The notes under the pieces: generated by a model
The model's input: the letters and a program-made list of their open reading frames with translations, nothing else
What the model was told of the DNA's origin: nothing
The model's database searches: none
Translations under genes and position numbers: made by a program
Shown: positions 58,476 to 64,000 of the stretch, piece by piece
Numbering within the stretch: position 1 is the first letter of the stretch
How the letters are laid out: every line of letters begins with the position of its first letter
Source of the DNA: an uncultured Methanomassiliicoccales archaeon
GTDB taxonomy: Archaea; Thermoplasmatota; Thermoplasmata; Methanomassiliicoccales; UBA472
Assembly: GCA_963695345.1 (NCBI GenBank)
Contig: OY968769.1
Coordinates: 608,001-672,000 of the forward strand
Length of the DNA: 64,000 nucleotides
Reading direction: 5' to 3'

Positions 58476-58720
58476 TAACTCGCGTGAACTTTCCGAAGGT
58501 TCGACGCACCATGACCGAAGCGTCCCCTGATGAAATGGATAGCATGAGTGTAATCGTCCCTGGTATTGCCCACTCCAAAACATGGGTCAGAAGACCTCAC
58601 ATGCCCGCTTCCCTATCAAATAAGTGTATTCACGGACAAAGGGTTTTAGACCCTAAGCGAATTGGGAATGGTCGTGCCAAGGTCAAGGGAGACGATCACC
58701 TCTTGAGGAATCCGTTCACG

Positions 58721-59401
58721 ATGCTGTTCCGAGGGCGTCTGGTCGTCAATTGGGTACCGATCGGTGAGGCGCCGACGACCACCAGGCAGAAGGCGCCGGA
58801 GGTCCTCCGACCCCGGCCGAGGGTCACTCCCATCAAGCCGAAGTACGACATCGTTGTCTGTCAGATCTGCATGGGCCGGGTCAAGCCGGGCTTGAACGTG
58901 GCCAGATGTGAGTGCGGGAAGAGCTTCCACGACATCTGCCTGGAACGGACCGGTTTCTGCCCCTATTGCCATAGGACCTATGACGCGCCGTCGGTTGCCG
59001 CCATCTCGAAGAAGAGGGAGTCGCCGAAGATCGAGAAAGCCCCTTGCCCATCCTGTGGCCAGATGATACTGGCCGAGGCGAGGGGGTGCGAGTGTGGGGC
59101 GGTCTTCGTGGAGGATGAGCAGTTCAACTGCGCCAAATGCGGATCGGTGGTCTACGCCGACAACATGGTCTGCGGCCATTGCGGGGAGGTATACGAAAAC
59201 TATACCCCGAGGCTTTGCCCCATATGTTCCAGGATCTTCAACGAGGAGACGGGACAATGCGAGTGCGGGGCATTCACGGGCGATTCCTGTCCGGAATGCG
59301 GGCTAACCCTGGAGGTCGATGATCGGGCCTGCCGCCGGTGCGGGACCATTTTCGAGTATGTAGGCACTCCAGAGGAGATCGCGGAAAGGAATCGGGATTG
59401 A
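58721..59401 (+). CDS. Cys-rich multi-zinc-ribbon protein
   Basis: More than ten CxxC/CxC pairs; start uncertain. Confidence 0.75.
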   Translation: MLFRGRLVVNWVPIGEAPTTTRQKAPEVLRPRPRVTPIKPKYDIVVCQICMGRVKPGLNVARCECGKSFHDICLERTGFCPYCHRTYDAPSVAAISKKRESPKIEKAPCPSCGQMILAEARGCECGAVFVEDEQFNCAKCGSVVYADNMVCGHCGEVYENYTPRLCPICSRIFNEETGQCECGAFTGDSCPECGLTLEVDDRACRRCGTIFEYVGTPEEIAERNRD

Positions 59402-59561
59402 AAAGTGTCAGCCTGAATATCCGCCTCTTTATATCAGGTCCCAGAGCAAATTGAATAAATATCACATTTGTATTATTCAATCGAGGGTGTGGGTGCACTT
59501 GAGATCATTATTTGATATTCCAGACGAAGGAAAAAACGGATTACGGGAAGATGTCCCGAGC

Positions 59562-60611
59562 ATGCAACCATCGATGACCAGTGAGGACGACGCCGAGCTT
59601 ATGAAGCTCGTGGAGACCCTGCGGATAAAGATCTCCATCATTGGGTGCGGCGGAGGCGGCTCGAACACTGCCAGAAGGGTCACCCAGGCAGGGGTGTCCG
59701 GGGCGACCATCGTGGCCTGCAACTCCGATGCCAGGCATCTGTTGGCCATACAGGTCCCGAACAAGGTCCTGCTCGGCAAGTCAACGACCAAGGGCCTAGG
59801 GGCGGGAGCCATCCCAGAGATCGGACAGCAGGCCGCCGAGGAATCCGAGGGCGACCTGCGGAAATATGTCCAGGGTGCGAACATCGTGTTCGTCACCGCG
59901 GGCATGGGCGGAGGAACGGGCACTGGATCGGCGCCGGTCGTTGCGGAGATGGCGCGGAGGCAGGGAGCCTTGGTGATCGGTATCGTGACCCTGCCGTTCA
60001 AGGCCGAGGGCAGGATCAGGATGGAGAACGCCATGAAGGGCCTGAACAACCTGCGGGAGCACTGCGACACCACCATCGTGGTCCAGAACGACAAACTGCT
60101 GGAGCTCGTGCCCAGATTGCCCATCGAAGCCGCGTTCAAGGTGGCCGATGAGGTGCTTATGCAGAGCATCAAGGGCATCACCGAAGTGGTCACAAAACCT
60201 GCGCTGGTCAACCTCGATTTCAACGATATCCTGACCATAATGAAGAACGGCGGCATCGCCATGATCGGCATCGGCGAGGCCGTGACCGATGACAACGACC
60301 GCGTGAACAAGGCTGTGAACGACGCCCTGAGCTCCCCGATGCTGGGAGATGTGGACCTTCACGAAGCGAAGGGTGCCATGATCCGGGTCGTGGGCGGTCC
60401 GGACATGACCGTCACCGAAGCGGAAAAGGCGGCAGAGCTGGTAAGCCAGGCGGTCAACCCCCGGGCCCGGGTCATCTGGGGATGCGCGGTCGAACCGGCA
60501 ATGAAGGGGAAGCTCAGCGCCATGGTGATCATCACCGGCCTGAAGCAGAACGCCATTTCCGGCAAGACGGATGCGGCCAGCTGCCCCCCGACGCCGTCCA
60601 GGGGCCGGTGA
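59562..60611 (+). CDS. ftsZ: Cell division protein FtsZ
   Basis: GCGGGGSN, GLGAG, AGMGGGTGTG, PF..EG, NDKL, VNLDFND. Confidence 0.95.
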   Translation: MQPSMTSEDDAELMKLVETLRIKISIIGCGGGGSNTARRVTQAGVSGATIVACNSDARHLLAIQVPNKVLLGKSTTKGLGAGAIPEIGQQAAEESEGDLRKYVQGANIVFVTAGMGGGTGTGSAPVVAEMARRQGALVIGIVTLPFKAEGRIRMENAMKGLNNLREHCDTTIVVQNDKLLELVPRLPIEAAFKVADEVLMQSIKGITEVVTKPALVNLDFNDILTIMKNGGIAMIGIGEAVTDDNDRVNKAVNDALSSPMLGDVDLHEAKGAMIRVVGGPDMTVTEAEKAAELVSQAVNPRARVIWGCAVEPAMKGKLSAMVIITGLKQNAISGKTDAASCPPTPSRGR

Positions 60612-60620
60612 ACGGGACCG

Positions 60621-60955
60621 ATGGTCGTCAAGGACAAACGAGGACGCCGCCGCTACGTAGCGTTCGAGACCGACGAGGTCAATGACGCGGAGACGGTTTC
60701 CCGGGAGATCATCTCAAGCGCCGTCCGGCTCGGGGTCCGACCCCCGAAATTGATCCAGTTCGAGGGGCGGCGGGGCATCGTCCGTTCCCTGGAACCGGAG
60801 AAGGAGGCGACCTTGGAACTGATCAGTACGGCCGCAGCTGCCGATGAGGACCCTCCGCACCTCGGGCACGCTTGAAGACCCTGAGGGAGCGTTATTTTGT
60901 TCCCAACAAGGAACCCGGCAATGATGCCGAAAGAGGGCGGCGAATCGGCCGCTGA
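60621..60955 (+). CDS. RNase P protein Pop5/Rpp14 (frameshift near 60835)
   Basis: RRRYVAF, GIVR, TSGTLKTL; immediately before psmA. Confidence 0.8.
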
Positions 60956-61070
60956 GGGACGCATAACGGCCTTGCCAGTATACCAGAAGTATGGGTGCGA
61001 AAGTACCCAACAAATATATAGCCGAGGATAACTTAAGGGAATGTCGTAACGCGTTCGAAGGAGTGTTTAG

Positions 61071-61793
61071 ATGCAACCAGGACAAATGGCATACGATCGG
61101 GCCATAACTGTGTTTTCGCCGGACGGAAGACTGTTCCAGGTGGAGTACGCTAGGGAGGCGGTCAAGCGGGGGACCACAACCGTCGGTCTGAAGTTCAAGG
61201 ACGGAGTGGTCTTGATTGTGGACAAGAGGATCGCCAGCAGGCTCATGGAACCGAAGTCCATCGAAAAGATATTCAAGATAGATCATCACATCGGCTGCGC
61301 CACCTCCGGACTTGTGGCCGACGCGAGGATACTCGTGGATCAGGCCAGGGTCATCGCCCAGGTTAACAAGATCACATACGACGAGAACATGGGCGTCGAG
61401 GAGCTGGTGAAGCGCATCTGCGACTACAAGCAGAACTACACCCAGTACGGCGGTGTAAGGCCGTTCGGAACCGCCCTTCTGGTCGCTGGCGTCGACGAGC
61501 TCGGCGAGCACCTGTTCGAGACCGACCCGAGCGGGGCGCTCGTTTCCTACAAGGCGGGAAGCATCGGTGCCGGTCGGAACGTTGTGATGGAAGTCTTCGA
61601 GGAGCTGTACGCCGAGGGCATGGATATGGTCGACGCGGTCGAGCTGGGCCTAAAGGCGCTTAAGAAGGCGACCGAGGAAGAGAAGCTCAACCCGAAGGCT
61701 GTCGAGATCGGCATCGTCAGGCGGGGAGAGAACTTCCGCCGGATGGATGACAGCGAAGCAGAGACCTATATCCAAAGGGTCAACGCCGCGTGA
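61071..61793 (+). CDS. psmA: Proteasome alpha subunit
   Basis: YDRAITVFSPDGRLFQVEYA, GGVRPFG. Confidence 0.99.
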   Translation: MQPGQMAYDRAITVFSPDGRLFQVEYAREAVKRGTTTVGLKFKDGVVLIVDKRIASRLMEPKSIEKIFKIDHHIGCATSGLVADARILVDQARVIAQVNKITYDENMGVEELVKRICDYKQNYTQYGGVRPFGTALLVAGVDELGEHLFETDPSGALVSYKAGSIGAGRNVVMEVFEELYAEGMDMVDAVELGLKALKKATEEEKLNPKAVEIGIVRRGENFRRMDDSEAETYIQRVNAA

Positions 61794-61804
61794 TCGGGGT
61801 CTGG

Positions 61805-62504
61805 ATGGTAGACATCGAGGACGCGATCATCGCGAAGCTGGAATCCCACGGGGAGACCTTTGAGATACTGATCGACCCCAAGGTAGTGAATCTGCTGAAG
61901 GAGGGCAAGGACCCCAACCTAGTAGACTACATGGTAATAGACGAGATCTTCAAGAACGCCCACAAAGGAACCAAAGCCCCTGAGGAGAAGATCAAGGATA
62001 TCTTCGGCACCAATGATGTGATCGAGGTCGCCAAGCAGATCATCCTCAAGGGGGAGATCCAGCTCACCGCCCAGCAAAGAAAGGAGATGCTTGGAGAACA
62101 AGCGGAAGCGGATAGTCTCCGAGATCGCCAGGAACGCCATCAACCCCCAGACCGGAGGACCGCACACCGCCGAGCGCATCTCCATGGCCATGGATGAGGC
62201 CAAGGTGCACATCGACGCATTCAAGCCGGTCGAACAGCAGATCAACCATGTGCTGGACAAGCTGCGACCGTTGATCCCGATCCGGTTCGAGAAGATCAAG
62301 ATCGCGGTCAAGCTCTCCGGGGACGAGTATGGCAAGTGCTACGATGACATCATCCACTTCGGAAAGATACTCAAGGAGGAATGGGAGCCGAACGGTTCCT
62401 GGATCGGAGTCGTGGAGATCCCCGCGGGAATGCGGGACGACTTCTACGGTCGTTTGAACGAAAGGACCAAGGGGAACGCGCAGACGAAACAGCTCAAGAA
62501 CTAG
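61805..62504 (+). CDS. Ribosome maturation factor SBDS/Sdo1 (frameshift near 62090)
   Basis: HGETFEILIDP, GEIQLT, INPQT..PH, IPIRFE. Confidence 0.93.
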
Positions 62505-62571
62505 GCGTTCGCTGCTTCAATGGAAGGGAAGGTTTTTAAACCAATCAGGATTTGCATGAAGATGTGGTCAA

Positions 62572-63259
62572 ATGAATAGAGAAGGTGCAGGTGGAGACCG
62601 GGAGATAGTTATCCCCGGAGATCTGCTCGATGCGAGCGGCCTTAAGGCCGGAAGCGGCGCCTATGCCGTGGAGGGCAAGGTCTTTGCCGCGCAATTGGGC
62701 ATCAAGAGCGTGAAGTCAAATTTTGTGAATGTCATTCCCCTTGGCGGGAGATACATACCGGCCACTGGTGACAGCGTAATCGGCAAGGTCATCGACATCG
62801 GACCGTCGAACTGGCTCATCGACATCAATTCCCCTTACCCGGCCCCGTTGCATGTCAACGAGGTCCCGTGGAGGGTAGAGTTCGGTGACACGTCCAAATA
62901 CCTGAACGTCGGCGACACCCTGCTGGCCAAGGTATTGATGGTCGATGAGACCAAGAGGGTCCAGGTCACCATGAAGGAGCAGGGCCTGCGCAAGCTGTCC
63001 GGCGGCCAAGTGATCGACATATCATATACCAAGGTGCCACGGGTGATCGGGAAGGGCGGTTCGATGATCCAGCTGATCAAGAGCCACACCAACTGCCGTA
63101 TCTTCATCGGGCAGAACGGAAGGATCTGGCTGGACGGAGAGATCGAGAGCATGGTGATCGGCGATCCACGCGATCCGTATGATCGAGGAAGGCGCCCAGC
63201 AATCCAGGCTCACGGAGAAGGTTAAGGAATATCTCGAGTCGATGACGAAATCAAATTGA
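62572..63259 (+). CDS. rrp4: Exosome RNA-binding subunit Rrp4 (frameshift near 63162)
   Basis: VIPGD, YIP..GD.VIG, KVPRVIGKGGSM, GQNGRIW. Confidence 0.95.
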
Positions 63260-63271
63260 TCTGGTGAACTT

Positions 63272-64000
63272 ATGAGCGGAAATACAGGCGTCAAACTCAT
63301 TGATGACAATGGGATCAGAATAGACGGAAGGAAGGTGGACGAGCTGCGGCCGATCAAGATCGAGGCCGGCGTCCTGAAGAGCGCGGACGGCTCCGCCTAC
63401 GTGGAGATCGGCAAGAACAAGGTCCTGGCGGCCGTATATGGCCCTAGGGAATGCCATCCCCGCCACATGCAGAACCCTGCCAAGGCGATCGTCCAGTGCA
63501 AATACAACATGATCGCGTTCTCGGTCGGAGACCGCAAGAGGCCAGGACCGGACCGGAGATCGGTCGAGATCTCCAAGATCATATCCGAGGCGCTGGAGTA
63601 CGTGGTATTCACCGAGAGCTTCCCCAGGACCTCGGTCGATGTGTACATAGAGGTGCTGCAGGCGAACGCGGGAACGAGATGCGCGGGCCTCACCGCCGCA
63701 TCGGTCGCCTTGGCTGACGCCGGCATCCCGATGAAGGACCTGGTCCCGGCGATCGCCGTCGGAAAGGTCAACGACCAGGTGGTCCTGGACCTGAACAAGG
63801 AAGAGGACAACTATGGCCAGGCCGATGTACCGATCGCCATGATCCCACGGACCGGCGAGGTCCTCCTGCTGCAGATGGACGGTCACCTGACCGTCACCGA
63901 GTTCAACCAGGCCATGGACTATGCGGTCCCGGCACTGGAACAGATCTACCAGATGCAGAAGGACGCGCTGCGCCGAAGGTACGCCTCCACCGAAGCCGCC
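63272..64000 (+). CDS. rrp41: Exosome catalytic subunit Rrp41 (3'-truncated)
   Basis: Manual translation [39 protein letters not shown]; absent from ORF track because there is no stop in the window. Confidence 0.96.
   Translation, partial: MSGNTGVKLIDDNGIRIDGRKVDELRPIKIEAGVLKSADGSAYVEIGKNKVLAAVYGPRECHPRHMQNPAKAIVQCKYNMIAFSVGDRKRPGPDRRSVEISKIISEALEYVVFTESFPRTSVDVYIEVLQANAGTRCAGLTAASVALADAGIPMKDLVPAIAVGKVNDQVVLDLNKEEDNYGQADVPIAMIPRTGEVLLLQMDGHLTVTEFNQAMDYAVPALEQIYQMQKDALRRRYASTEAA

Noticed and set aside
62502-62572. Amber readthrough from SBDS into rrp4
   Set aside because: rrp4 is out of frame with the TAG

Overview
Core chromosomal segment of a Methanomassiliicoccales (Thermoplasmatota) methanogen, judged from the stand-alone archaeal 16S rRNA gene, the hdrA-mvhDGA operon and gene content. 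It carries the rps12-rps7-EF2-EF1a-rps10 operon, ilvD, tgtA, pyrG, three tRNAs (Ala-TGC, Gln-TTG, Ser-GCT), two FN3 surface proteins, a multi-PAS hybrid kinase, ftsZ and the start of the pop5-psmA-SBDS-rrp4-rrp41 superoperon. Many essential genes in 16-29 kb and 44-63 kb are broken by single-base insertions that look like sequencing errors, so CDS calls there are reconstructed across frames. Most notable: (i) a four-gene split glutamate-synthase operon with a degenerate second FMN-barrel subunit and a GlcD-fold FAD/Fe-S protein where GltD would be expected; (ii) a long structured leader with two palindromes upstream of an asymmetric tandem HdrA; (iii) an amber codon joining pth2 in frame to a DUF99 gene in a pyrrolysine-using lineage; (iv) a NOX/ferric-reductase gene surrounded by decayed CBS, MscS and membrane-protein remnants. 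No CRISPR array, transposase or integrase was seen.
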